Positions 9,801-19,040 of a stretch of 64,000 nucleotides of DNA are shown piece after piece. Each line of letters starts with the position of its first letter. The first letter of the stretch is position 1. A program made the position numbers and the translations under genes. Origin of the DNA: Candidatus Woesearchaeota archaeon (lineage in GTDB: Archaea > Nanobdellota > Nanobdellia > Woesearchaeales > SKGA01); the NCBI GenBank assembly GCA_050187915.1, contig JBFXLI010000001.1:35920-99919 (forward strand), in the 5' to 3' direction. Under the pieces are notes generated by a model. The model had not been told where the DNA came from. It was given only the letters and a program-made list of their open reading frames with translations, and did no database searches.

Positions 9801-10654
9801 TTTATCGCCTCAAGTGCACTTTTTTCTTTATCTTTTACTTCTAAAGTTATATCAAAATCAAATTGTTTTGTTTCTTTGAGAAATTCTTTAAATTTTTTTA
9901 AATCAATATGTTTTGAATGGTTTCCTTTTTTATCTCCTTCATTACTATAATCAACCATTAAATTTCCATCTTTTTTCTGCCATGTTTTTATGGCTTTTGA
10001 AATTGATTCTTTAAAAGTCTCACCATTGTTTAAACACTCATGATGGTAACTATCATAAACTAAAGGAATATTTGTTGCTTTATTTACAATTAAACAATCT
10101 TTTAAGCTATAAGAACGATGGTCATTTTCTATAACTAATCTTTTTTTAATTTTATTGGGAAGTTTTTTGTAGTTCTCAATAAATCTTTTTATTGCTGATG
10201 TTTTATCTCCATAAACTCCCCCAATATGTATTTGAACTTTACAAGATTCATCAACATTTAAAGCATCTAAAAAATCACAATGATACTTTAATTCTGCTAT
10301 GCTTTTTTTAACAATATTCTCATCTTTTGCATTTATTATTACAAATTGGTCTGGATGCATAGATACTCTTAATTTATTTTCGTTTATGAATTTTCCAATT
10401 TCTTTAAAATCTTTTTTAAAATATTTAACCCAATCTATTTTACAAACTTCATGAGATGCAAAGGGAATTATGGCAGAACTTATTCTGTAGAATAATAAAT
10501 TGTTTTTTAAATTGAATTTTAATATTTCTTTTAAACAAGATAAATTATTTGAAACTTTTTCAATAAAATTTTCTTTTGTGAAATTTTTAAGTCTAAATGT
10601 TGAATTTGTGGAACATCCTATTTGAGTGTTTATACAAGCATATCCTATTTTCAT
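9788..10654 (-). CDS. uvdE: UV damage endonuclease UvdE/Uve1.
   Basis: MKIGYACIN..., HPDQFVIINA, HIGGVYGDK, and ENDHRSY, matching the UVDE TIM-barrel family. Overlaps the TspO start by 13 nt. Confidence 0.75.
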   Translation of the reverse strand: MKIGYACINTQIGCSTNSTFRLKNFTKENFIEKVSNNLSCLKEILKFNLKNNLLFYRISSAIIPFASHEVCKIDWVKYFKKDFKEIGKFINENKLRVSMHPDQFVIINAKDENIVKKSIAELKYHCDFLDALNVDESCKVQIHIGGVYGDKTSAIKRFIENYKKLPNKIKKRLVIENDHRSYSLKDCLIVNKATNIPLVYDSYHHECLNNGETFKESISKAIKTWQKKDGNLMVDYSNEGDKKGNHSKHIDLKKFKEFLKETKQFDFDITLEVKDKEKSALEAIKCLK

Positions 10655-10710
10655 GATTTAAATTAAGTAAAGATATATATTAATTTATTGATTTAAAAAA
10701 AGAAAAAAAA

Positions 10711-11487
10711 TTAATTTAATTTTAAACCGTTCGGAATTAATTCTCCTTCATAATAAAGGTTTCCTAAATGATTCATTTCGAATTTTCCTTCAGCTATATC
10801 TCGAATAGTCTTAGGAAAAATAACCCAATCACCAATTTCTTTTAATTTATTTTGATTTAGTTTAGTCAAATACTCTTTGTCAGTTCCTTCATAAGATCCT
10901 ATTATATTTCTTTCTAATTTTAAAGGTTCAGAAATCATAAGTATTCTTCCACCATCAACTTTTGGTTCAATAATGTGTGTTGAAGAACGTACATTGTCTT
11001 CTTCAGCTACAATTGCATCCCACACAGCATTATCTCCTACAAATTTTCTTGCTCCTTTTTCATCTAAAATAGATAAATCAGCAGGATGAACATTAATTCC
11101 TAAATATTCGCTAGCTAAATATGGAGAAACTATACTCATATATCCACCATAGGCTATAACTGATATTTCAAAAGGTTGAAGTGCTTTAATAGTTTCTAAA
11201 TCGAATTCTTCTCTTACTTGCATATCTCTTCTAGATTTATTTCTGTGTTTGTAAAAACTTTTTATATCTCTAGTAATAATAGGAATATCAAATTCTTTTC
11301 CTATTTTTGTAGCATTACTATCATATGTATCTGAAAAAATAACTTTCATTTGATAAGGTGATTTTCCTTTTTCTTTTTTTAATTCTTTTTCACGTTCAAT
11401 TATTTTTATTAAATTTGAACCTGAACCAGACATAAATCCTGCGACATTCATAACTCCATTTGATGGATTATATAATTTATATTTCAT
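10711..11487 (-). CDS. purN: Phosphoribosylglycinamide formyltransferase (PurN-like formyltransferase).
   Basis: MSGSGSNL (N-terminal SGxGSNL), GINVHPADLS (corresponds to NIHPSLLP), and THIIEPKVDGGRIL (VDxGPII region). Sits directly upstream of purM. Confidence 0.6.
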   Translation of the reverse strand: MKYKLYNPSNGVMNVAGFMSGSGSNLIKIIEREKELKKEKGKSPYQMKVIFSDTYDSNATKIGKEFDIPIITRDIKSFYKHRNKSRRDMQVREEFDLETIKALQPFEISVIAYGGYMSIVSPYLASEYLGINVHPADLSILDEKGARKFVGDNAVWDAIVAEEDNVRSSTHIIEPKVDGGRILMISEPLKLERNIIGSYEGTDKEYLTKLNQNKLKEIGDWVIFPKTIRDIAEGKFEMNHLGNLYYEGELIPNGLKLN

Positions 11488-11490
11488 TTT

Positions 11491-12687
11491 CTAAAACTCC
11501 AAATTAGTGTTATCAAAAGCATAGCCTTTAATTTTACTATCTACATCAGGAACTATTTCACCTAATTCATATGCTTTGAAATTAGATTGAAAAATTTGGT
11601 TTTTACCAATTTGATTTAAAGAATGGATTATTTCGTTTCTATGTTGTTTATCTACAACTAAAACCATTCCAGTTCCTTGATTGTAATCATGATACATTTC
11701 TTGTGTAGAAACAACTGCGTTTTTTTGTATCCAATTAAAAATAGGATGAGGTTGTTGAACATATGATTGAGCATAATCCAAAATCATTCCAGTATTTTCA
11801 GGAAGAATTCTTTTCATATTATCTATTCCTTCACCAGTTATATTTGCAATTGCTTTAATATGCGAACCATATTGTTCTAAAACTGAAAGAATTGCATCAA
11901 CATAAATTATTGTCGGAGTTAATACTGCTTCTGCAACAGATTCTTCACCTAGTTCAGCTAAACGTTGATTAATTTTATATGAATCAATATAACCTTTATT
12001 TTTAAAATCTATAGCAGCCTTCCAAGACATAGTTATACCATTACAATGAATTCCTGAACTGGAAACTCCTATAACTGAATCTCCACTTTGAACACGTCCT
12101 TTCCCTAAAGGATTTTTCACTAATGCTTCATCAGTTATTATTCCTAAAGCCATATTACACATATCATATGCTTTTTTAGGAATTGGTCCAGTTATCATTG
12201 CAGATAAAGAAGCATTTTCTCCACCAACAATTGCAGCTTTAGATAATTTTGCAGCAATGTATTTGCCTCCTGCCATTTGTTTTGCAACATCTAAATTTGC
12301 ATCATTCCAAGAATGATATTCATAAATTAAAACAGGTCTTGCACCAGAACAAATTAAATCATTGACACACATTGCAATTGAATCAATTGCAGTACAAGCA
12401 AGTTTTATTTCATCATCTCCATTGTACAAAGCATGAACAACTGGTTTGGAACCAGGTCCGTCCACACCACCTGAAAGAACTGTTTTCTTTATTCCAGAAT
12501 TAACCATTTTTTCTAAGTCTAAAGAAATTCCTCCTGAAAAATCATTGCCTTCTTCTGGAAACGAAATTCCTGAATTGTATAAATCTGCAATATTTTCTTT
12601 GGTTTCATTTCCAACTTTTACTATAACATCTACAACTGAATGTTCTTGTGCAAAATCTACTCCTGCTTCTGCGTATTTACTTGTCAT
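11491..12687 (-). CDS. purM: Phosphoribosylformylglycinamidine cyclo-ligase (AIR synthase, PurM).
   Basis: YAEAGVDFAQ, IDSIAMCVNDLICSGARP, GGENASLSAM, and GDSVIGVSSSGIHCNG align block-for-block with the PurM superfamily. Confidence 0.75.
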   Translation of the reverse strand: MTSKYAEAGVDFAQEHSVVDVIVKVGNETKENIADLYNSGISFPEEGNDFSGGISLDLEKMVNSGIKKTVLSGGVDGPGSKPVVHALYNGDDEIKLACTAIDSIAMCVNDLICSGARPVLIYEYHSWNDANLDVAKQMAGGKYIAAKLSKAAIVGGENASLSAMITGPIPKKAYDMCNMALGIITDEALVKNPLGKGRVQSGDSVIGVSSSGIHCNGITMSWKAAIDFKNKGYIDSYKINQRLAELGEESVAEAVLTPTIIYVDAILSVLEQYGSHIKAIANITGEGIDNMKRILPENTGMILDYAQSYVQQPHPIFNWIQKNAVVSTQEMYHDYNQGTGMVLVVDKQHRNEIIHSLNQIGKNQIFQSNFKAYELGEIVPDVDSKIKGYAFDNTNLEF

Positions 12688-12902
12688 TTTATTTTACCTT
12701 ATTAAGAATTACATTAGAGAATATATTTGACTTAAACTTAGAAATAACTTCTATTCTTTCAACCATTAATATTCCCCTTGTCAATCTCAGTCCATAAATT
12801 ATTAATAAATGTTACTATTTTGAAATAGTTAAAATTTTATTGCTAACATGTGACAACATCCTCATTGCAAAGTTTTATTAAATATTTCGCTACTCAAATA
12901 TT

Positions 12903-13307
12903 ATGGAAGAAATAAAATTACAAGTAGGAGTTAAAGCACTTTTAAAAAATAAAGAAGGAAAATATCTACTTTTAAAGAGAAATCCTGAAATTTATCCTGA
13001 TGTAAAAAATAACTGGGATATAGTTGGTGGAAGAATTAATCCTGGAAAATCTCTTTTTGAAAATTTACAAAGAGAAGTTTATGAAGAAACAAAGTTAAAT
13101 TTAATTAAAGAACCTGAATTAATTTTTGCTCAAGATATTTTAATTCCGAACAAACACGTTGTTCGTTTAACTTTTATTGGGGAAATAGAAGGTACACCAA
13201 TATTAGATGAAGAACATTTAGAATATAAGTGGCTAACCATTGAAGAAATGAAATTAATGTCTCAATTAGATAATAAATTAAAAGAAGTTTTAAAAGAGAA
13301 ATTTTAA
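12903..13307 (+). CDS. NUDIX hydrolase.
   Basis: Nudix box GGRINPGKSLFENLQREVYEETKL (GX5EX7REVXEETG). Confidence 0.8.
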   Translation: MEEIKLQVGVKALLKNKEGKYLLLKRNPEIYPDVKNNWDIVGGRINPGKSLFENLQREVYEETKLNLIKEPELIFAQDILIPNKHVVRLTFIGEIEGTPILDEEHLEYKWLTIEEMKLMSQLDNKLKEVLKEKF

Positions 13308-13955
13308 ATGAAAATTAGAAAATATAAATCTTCAGATAGAAAACAAGTAGAACATATTAACTTTGAAACTGCATTCTTAGGAAAATCTATGTCTAAATTT
13401 CTTTCAAACAATAAAATTTACAAAAACAACATCAAATATTATGTTGAAAAAGAACCTGAAAGTATTTTTGTTCTTGAAGATAAAAATAAAGTTGTTGGTT
13501 ACTTGTTAGGTTGTTTAGATGATAAAAACAATAGTGAAATATTTGAAGCTATTTCTACAAACATGAAAAATTTCTTTAAAAGTTTCTTCCTACCAAAAAA
13601 AGATAGAATTTATTGGAGAGGACAATTTTTTCAATTACTGAATATACTTTTAACATTTTCACCTGAAATGAGATTTAAAACTCCTAAAAACGCAGGACAT
13701 ATTCACATAAATCTTCTTCCAGAAGCTCGTGGAAAAAATTATGGAACAAAATTATTAAATGAATATGCAAAATATGCTAAAACAAAAGGAGCGAAAATAA
13801 TTCATGCTGGAAGTTTTAAAACAAATCTTAATCCTAACACTAATTTTTGGTTAAAAAACAAATTTAAAGTTTATTCTGAAATAAAAACTTCAATTTGGAA
13901 AAAACAATTACCTAAAGAAAATATTAAATTAGTTTGTTATGTTAGAGAATTATAA
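13308..13955 (+). CDS. GNAT-family N-acetyltransferase (putative).
   Basis: C-terminal HINLLPEARGKNYGTKLLNEYAKYAKTKGAKIIHAG resembles the GNAT acetyl-CoA binding motif A (R/Q-x-x-G-x-G/A). Start abuts the NUDIX stop (TAAATG). Confidence 0.5.
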   Translation: MKIRKYKSSDRKQVEHINFETAFLGKSMSKFLSNNKIYKNNIKYYVEKEPESIFVLEDKNKVVGYLLGCLDDKNNSEIFEAISTNMKNFFKSFFLPKKDRIYWRGQFFQLLNILLTFSPEMRFKTPKNAGHIHINLLPEARGKNYGTKLLNEYAKYAKTKGAKIIHAGSFKTNLNPNTNFWLKNKFKVYSEIKTSIWKKQLPKENIKLVCYVREL

Positions 13956-14375
13956 ATTTTTAATTAATAATTTAACTTCAGTAGAGATGTTGTAGTTTTG
14001 CAGTTCATTTTTATTTAACCAAATATAATTTTCATGTTCAGACAAAATTATATTAGAAAAATCTTGAATTTTTACAATAAAATTAAATTGTCTTGTTAAA
14101 TAATTATTTTTGGAAAAATAATCAAAAAAATCAACATATTTGATGATTTCATACAAATCTAAATTAGTTTCTTCTTTGATTTCTCTCCCCAATGCTTCTT
14201 TAATAGATTCTTTCAGTTCTATTTTTCCACTTGGAAGTTCATATAATCCTCCTTTAAAATCATTTTTAGAACGTTGAAGAAACAAAACTTGAGAATCATT
14301 TTGAATTATAGCTCCAACTACCAATCTGTTAATACCTTTTTTTCTAGCTTGTTTCAATAAATCTTCATAATCCAT
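13950..14375 (-). CDS. NUDIX hydrolase; last gene of the minus-strand sugar/aminocyclitol-like operon.
   Basis: Nudix box SGKIELKESIKEALGREIKEETNL. Its ATG overlaps the DegT stop by 1 nt. It is a paralog of the 18458..18889 NUDIX. Confidence 0.8.
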   Translation of the reverse strand: MDYEDLLKQARKKGINRLVVGAIIQNDSQVLFLQRSKNDFKGGLYELPSGKIELKESIKEALGREIKEETNLDLYEIIKYVDFFDYFSKNNYLTRQFNFIVKIQDFSNIILSEHENYIWLNKNELQNYNISTEVKLLIKNL

Positions 14376-15625
14376 TATAAAAGCTCCTTATAATTTTCTA
14401 CAACCTTTCGAATACCTTGAATGTATGCATTTACTTTTTTCATATCATTTTCACTATACCAAACAGGAAGTTTTAATAATTTAGAATGAAATTTTGTGGC
14501 ATTAGGAAAATCATTTTCAGCATAAATAACTTTCCCCATATAATTTGGAAATAATTCTCCGGGATTTTGAAATAAAGGTAAATAATTTAATGGGCATGTA
14601 GAACTAGGCATATCTACTTCTGATAATCCTTCTGCTTGTAAAGCTTCAAAAAATTTCTCTCTAGATAAATTTTCTAACTCTTCAGAGTTATATTTAATTA
14701 TAAACGCATACCAACTAGGTTGTATACTTTCATCAAAAATAGGTAATTCTATTCCTCTTAAATCTTTCAAAGAATCTATCATATACTTTGCAATTTTTCT
14801 TCGTCCATTTAAAATTTCTTCTAAATGTTCAAATTGTTGTTCAGCTATTGCATTAGCTAAAGGATGTGATCTTAATTTTAAACCCATTCCTGTAGTTGAA
14901 AATTTAGATAAACCATGATCTTTGGGTATTTCTAATTTACATCGTTTATTATAATGACCCAATAATAAAGCTCTATAAAATACTTCATCATCTTTTGTCA
15001 ATAAGAACCCTCCTTCACCACCTGTTAAAGTTTTTTGACCTTGCATACTAAACGCAGAAGAGTTTCCAAAAGTTCCTATTTTTTGACCATGATAACTAGC
15101 TCCATGAGCATGAGAACCGTCTTCCATTAATGAAAGATTATTTTTATTTGCAACATGTTTTATATTTTCCATATCTGCAGGAACACCCCACATATGAGTT
15201 ACTACAACACCTTTACTTTTGGAAGTTATTTTATTTTCTAAATCTTTAAAATCTAAATTTCCATTTTTATCACAATCAACTAAAACAGGTGTAGCACCTG
15301 TAAAAAATAGAGGCGTTACAGTTGCATAAAAAGTATAAGCTGGAACTAAAACTTCATCACCTTCTTTAAAATTTTCACCTACATACATTGAATGTAAAGC
15401 AGAAGTTCCTGAATTAGTTAGAATAGCATGTTTTACATTATGATATTCTTTTAACTTTTCTTCTAATCTTTCAATAATTCCTGAACGATTATATATCGAA
15501 ATATTTTCATCAAGTTGATTTAAAACGTATTTTTTAGTTTCATTCGATATTTCAGGCCAAATAAATTTAGAATCATCAGAATTAATAATTTTAGTTCCGC
15601 CATTCAAAGCAAGTTTATTTTTCAT
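14375..15625 (-). CDS. DegT/DnrJ/EryC1/StrS-family PLP-dependent sugar (or inosose) aminotransferase.
   Basis: LNGGTKII, VLVPAYTFYATVTP, VTHMWGVPADM, and SFSMQGQKTLTGGEGG (PLP-Lys region) are typical of the family. I placed the start at the ATG at 15625 (MKNKLALNGG), immediately after the upstream stop. Confidence 0.85.
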   Translation of the reverse strand: MKNKLALNGGTKIINSDDSKFIWPEISNETKKYVLNQLDENISIYNRSGIIERLEEKLKEYHNVKHAILTNSGTSALHSMYVGENFKEGDEVLVPAYTFYATVTPLFFTGATPVLVDCDKNGNLDFKDLENKITSKSKGVVVTHMWGVPADMENIKHVANKNNLSLMEDGSHAHGASYHGQKIGTFGNSSAFSMQGQKTLTGGEGGFLLTKDDEVFYRALLLGHYNKRCKLEIPKDHGLSKFSTTGMGLKLRSHPLANAIAEQQFEHLEEILNGRRKIAKYMIDSLKDLRGIELPIFDESIQPSWYAFIIKYNSEELENLSREKFFEALQAEGLSEVDMPSSTCPLNYLPLFQNPGELFPNYMGKVIYAENDFPNATKFHSKLLKLPVWYSENDMKKVNAYIQGIRKVVENYKELL

Positions 15626-15626
15626 T

Positions 15627-16247
15627 TCATTTCCTCTTAAGTATATCTTCAATAATTGAAGTGAGTTGTTGTGTATTTTCATTTAAATCATCAACAGATC
15701 TCATTTCTATAAATTCAACATTTTTTAGTTTTTTCGGCCTTTTTTCATAAATTATTCTTTTATATGCTTTTCTAAATTCAACTAAATCAGAATAATTTTC
15801 ATCACGTAGAAGATTTTGACGTATTTGTAATCTTTCCATGGCCTCAACAGGATCAATATCAATATAAATTGCAAAATCAGGTACAAAATTAGGTTCCAAT
15901 AAATCAATATACCATTCAGGAAGTATACCTAAATGACTTGCATAAGCAGTTATAATGCTTCTATCAGAAATTACAAAATCATTTTTGAATACATTCGGTG
16001 ATAGATTGGCTCTTGCTGATAAAGCATATAATGTTTCTTGAATCATTCTTGGATTAAATAAGCCTGAAAATATTCCTTTGGAATTTATTTTGTAAACTTT
16101 TTTTATTAGTTGACCAAAAAAATTATTTTTATCACTATAATTATAAATACTTAAATTAATATTTTTTTCTTGAAAAATATTTTTTTGAATGGAAACTTGA
16201 GTACTTTTTCCAGTTCCATCAATACCTTCCAACGCAATATATTTCAT
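15627..16247 (-). CDS. Thymidylate-kinase-family P-loop kinase (Tmk-like).
   Basis: MKYIALEGIDGTGKSTQ (P-loop), DRSIITAYA (the Tmk DRY/F motif region), and a LID-like ERLQIRQNLLRDENY. Start placed at the internal ATG at 16247, which abuts the upstream gene's stop. Confidence 0.65.
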   Translation of the reverse strand: MKYIALEGIDGTGKSTQVSIQKNIFQEKNINLSIYNYSDKNNFFGQLIKKVYKINSKGIFSGLFNPRMIQETLYALSARANLSPNVFKNDFVISDRSIITAYASHLGILPEWYIDLLEPNFVPDFAIYIDIDPVEAMERLQIRQNLLRDENYSDLVEFRKAYKRIIYEKRPKKLKNVEFIEMRSVDDLNENTQQLTSIIEDILKRK

Positions 16248-16248
16248 T

Positions 16249-17349
16249 TTAATCAAAATAATTCTCCAAAACTTCTTTTCTTCTAACATCTACAGTAGTA
16301 CAATGCAAACCTCCACCAAAAAGCTCGCTATGTCTAAGTCTAAAAGGAATTGGTTCAAATCCTGCACGTTTTAATGCATATATAGTTAATTCTGCATTGT
16401 CTCTAATTAAAATTCTTTTTTCATCAAGGGAAATAACATTTACACTCATACCAAAATCAGTTGCCATTTGCAAATGATCTGGAGGATAATTAAATTTTTT
16501 AGATTCATCTAATATAGGTATAATATCCCATTTTTGTAAAGCGGAAGGTAAATTTTGATATAAACCTTCCATAACACTTTCATTAACTAAAAGTTTTCCT
16601 GGTGCTATAGGAATTAAATGACCATCTAAATGACTATCTGAAATTCTTACTATGTGTATATTATATTTATCTCCAAAATGATTTTTTAACCAATATGCTC
16701 CCAATTCTTGATTTTTTGTTGCTGCATTAATAACTAAATCTTTTCCAAATTTCAGGCAATTAGCTGCATCAATTGAAATATCTAAATTAAATTCAATATC
16801 AACCATATCATTTATTGGTTTAAATAAATTATCTTTCCAATAAGATCTGTCTTGTTTATCTATACTTAAAAAAGGTCTTGGAGCTACAGTCCATTTAGCA
16901 CCTTTTCTAAAATAATCCATAAAAATGTCTCTCAATAAATAACCTTCAAAATATCTTTTTGTATTTGTGGGTGGTGTTTCAATTATTTCATCACCATAAC
17001 ACAAAAACATATCTCTTGGAGAATCAGATGCTGTTGTAAAAGAAGAAAAGTAAGGCGTTTTAATTTCGTTTATTTCATCTACTATTGCAGGTCGTCTTAC
17101 AACAATTCCCTCTTTCTCTAGAAGTTCTTGTAAATTATTTAAATCTTCTTGTCTTTCTTCAATATATCTTTTATCAATCATCCAAGGATAATTTCTATCT
17201 TTAAATTTACCATCTCTATTTTCATACATAAATCTAAAAGATTCATCAATTTTCAAATGATTAAAATTAACTGAATTTCCAATAATTATTTCTTGTAATG
17301 GAGCCCATTCAGTATAAACATTAACTGGACACGAATTTTTATTTTTCAT
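16249..17349 (-). CDS. Amidinotransferase (glycine amidinotransferase / inosamine-phosphate amidinotransferase StrB1-like).
   Basis: N-terminal NVYTEWAPLQEIIIG and C-terminal HSELFGGGLHCTTVDVRRK. These match the conserved ends of AGAT/StrB1 enzymes, including the catalytic Cys in GGxHC. Confidence 0.75.
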   Translation of the reverse strand: MKNKNSCPVNVYTEWAPLQEIIIGNSVNFNHLKIDESFRFMYENRDGKFKDRNYPWMIDKRYIEERQEDLNNLQELLEKEGIVVRRPAIVDEINEIKTPYFSSFTTASDSPRDMFLCYGDEIIETPPTNTKRYFEGYLLRDIFMDYFRKGAKWTVAPRPFLSIDKQDRSYWKDNLFKPINDMVDIEFNLDISIDAANCLKFGKDLVINAATKNQELGAYWLKNHFGDKYNIHIVRISDSHLDGHLIPIAPGKLLVNESVMEGLYQNLPSALQKWDIIPILDESKKFNYPPDHLQMATDFGMSVNVISLDEKRILIRDNAELTIYALKRAGFEPIPFRLRHSELFGGGLHCTTVDVRRKEVLENYFD

Positions 17350-18346
17350 TATTCAAAAACTCCTTAGGATCAACAAATCTATTTTCTTCCATAGATTTAT
17401 AACAAGCTTCAACAAAACTTGCATGTTGAAGATGATAATTAGGACTACCAATATTTTCTTTTTCACCTTTTAAAACTTGACAAAAATAATCTATTTGATT
17501 AGTTGATGCAGAAGGCCAAGCATTTTCTCTTATTAAAGATTCAACTAAAGTTCCATCTTCTTTAAATCTTTTAATACTACCTCTTTGAACATCAACAACG
17601 CCTTTACTTCCTATAACTCTTAAATACTCTGTTTTAGGAGCATAAAATCTAGATAATAATAAACTCCCATTTAAACCATTATCGTACGAAAATAATATTG
17701 ATGCTGTGTCTTCTGCATCATATTTTTCATCAGGTTTTGCGCTATTTGAATATCTGGCTTGAATTTTATTAGGTAAACCAAAATACCAAATAATCATATC
17801 TATCATGTGATATCCCATATCTATAATACAACCACCACCTGCCTTTTCTTTATCGCCTCTCCAACCTTCATGAGGTGATTTTACGAATAAAGAATATTTT
17901 GCATCAATTAAAAATGGTTTACCTATTTGATCTATTAATTGAAAAAATGTTTTATAAATAGGATTAAATCTTCTTTGTAATGTTGTCATAATTTCTATAT
18001 TATTTTCTTTTGCTAATTTCGCAAAATATTTGGCTTCAGAAACACTTATTGCAAAAGGTTTTTCCTTTAATATATGCACTCCTTGTTTTGCAGAGGATTC
18101 AATTATGGATTTATACTGATTATGAGGAACTGCAGCTATAATGAAATCTAATTTTTCATTATCAAGCATTGTTTTAAAATCAAAATAACTTCTTATTTCG
18201 TTTTCAATTCCAATCTTAGAAACTAAATCAGAATTAATATCGCAAATAGCTTCTAACTTAGCATATTGAGAATCTTTTATACCTGGCAAGTGATCTTCTT
18301 TAACTTGGTGTCCTAAACCAACTATACCTATTTTTAATAATTCCAT
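17339..18346 (-). CDS. Gfo/Idh/MocA-family NAD(P)-dependent oxidoreductase (inositol 2-dehydrogenase / sugar 3-dehydrogenase-like).
   Basis: MELLKIGIVGLGHQ (Rossmann GxGxxG) and EKPFAIS (the EKP motif of Gfo/Idh/MocA). Start set at the ATG at 18346; the track extends to 18466. Confidence 0.8.
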   Translation of the reverse strand: MELLKIGIVGLGHQVKEDHLPGIKDSQYAKLEAICDINSDLVSKIGIENEIRSYFDFKTMLDNEKLDFIIAAVPHNQYKSIIESSAKQGVHILKEKPFAISVSEAKYFAKLAKENNIEIMTTLQRRFNPIYKTFFQLIDQIGKPFLIDAKYSLFVKSPHEGWRGDKEKAGGGCIIDMGYHMIDMIIWYFGLPNKIQARYSNSAKPDEKYDAEDTASILFSYDNGLNGSLLLSRFYAPKTEYLRVIGSKGVVDVQRGSIKRFKEDGTLVESLIRENAWPSASTNQIDYFCQVLKGEKENIGSPNYHLQHASFVEACYKSMEENRFVDPKEFLNNEK

Positions 18347-18457
18347 AAAAATACAATTATTAATGTATTTAAAAAAATATCTAAGAATTATCCGTAAATT
18401 TTTCGGTTCATATATGATTTTAGAAAAACTTATAATATGATTGAATAAACATATAAT

Positions 18458-18889
18458 ATGAATCAAAAATATCAGAAAATAACTGTGGCGGGACTATTAA
18501 TACATAACAACAACGTATTAATTGTCAAAAGGTCTGAAAAAGAAGATTTTCTTTGTGGTTATTATGAACTTCCTGGTGGAAAAGTTGATTTCAATGAACA
18601 TCCTGAAGAAGCTTTAATTAGAGAATTTAAAGAAGAAACTAATTTAAACATAATTCCAAAAGAAATATACAGAGTTTTCACATATATTTCTCATGAAAAA
18701 CAGCGTCACACAATAGAACTTGTTTATTTAGTTGAATTAAATGACAAAATTGAAAATTTAAAACTTAGTGAAGAACATAATGATTTTAAATTTATTTCTT
18801 TAGATGAATTAAATAAATACAAATTAAGTGATGAAATAAAATTGAATATTAAATTAGGTTTAAAAGAAAGTCTTTTAAAAACTAATTAA
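18458..18889 (+). CDS. NUDIX hydrolase.
   Basis: Nudix box GGKVDFNEHPEEALIREFKEETNL. It is divergent from the operon promoter region and paralogous to the 13950..14375 protein. Confidence 0.8.
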   Translation: MNQKYQKITVAGLLIHNNNVLIVKRSEKEDFLCGYYELPGGKVDFNEHPEEALIREFKEETNLNIIPKEIYRVFTYISHEKQRHTIELVYLVELNDKIENLKLSEEHNDFKFISLDELNKYKLSDEIKLNIKLGLKESLLKTN

Positions 18890-18933
18890 TATAGTTTATT
18901 ACAATAAAAATATAAATAAACCTTAATTCTTAA

Positions 18934-19008
18934 GTGTAACCCTGTGTCTTAAAGACTCTAGAGCGGGCCTTCGTGCCTTTATGAAAGAGTTCGAGTAACA
19001 CAGGGCTC
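18934..19008 (+). ncRNA. GC-rich structured intergenic element; candidate small ncRNA or processing hairpin.
   Basis: CCCTGTGT (18940-18947) pairs with ACACAGGG (18998-19005), enclosing ~50 nt that is roughly 55% GC in an otherwise ~27% GC genome (GAGCGGGCCTTCGTGCC...). No ORF. Confidence 0.25.
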
Positions 19009-19040
19009 AATTTCTAAAGATTTATAAAATAAATTGAATT

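Noticed and set aside
15627-16247. Calling the Tmk-like gene definitively a pathway-specific sugar or inosamine kinase.
   Set aside because: The sequence has ordinary dTMP-kinase hallmarks (P-loop, DR(S/Y) motif, lid arginines). It may simply be the housekeeping tmk embedded in the operon. Left as an open alternative.
18934-19008. tRNA or H/ACA sRNA at the GC-rich hairpin.
   Set aside because: No acceptable T-loop (GTTCRANYC) or D-arm geometry on either strand. The ACA trinucleotides lie inside the stem rather than 3' of it. Kept only as a generic structured-element candidate.
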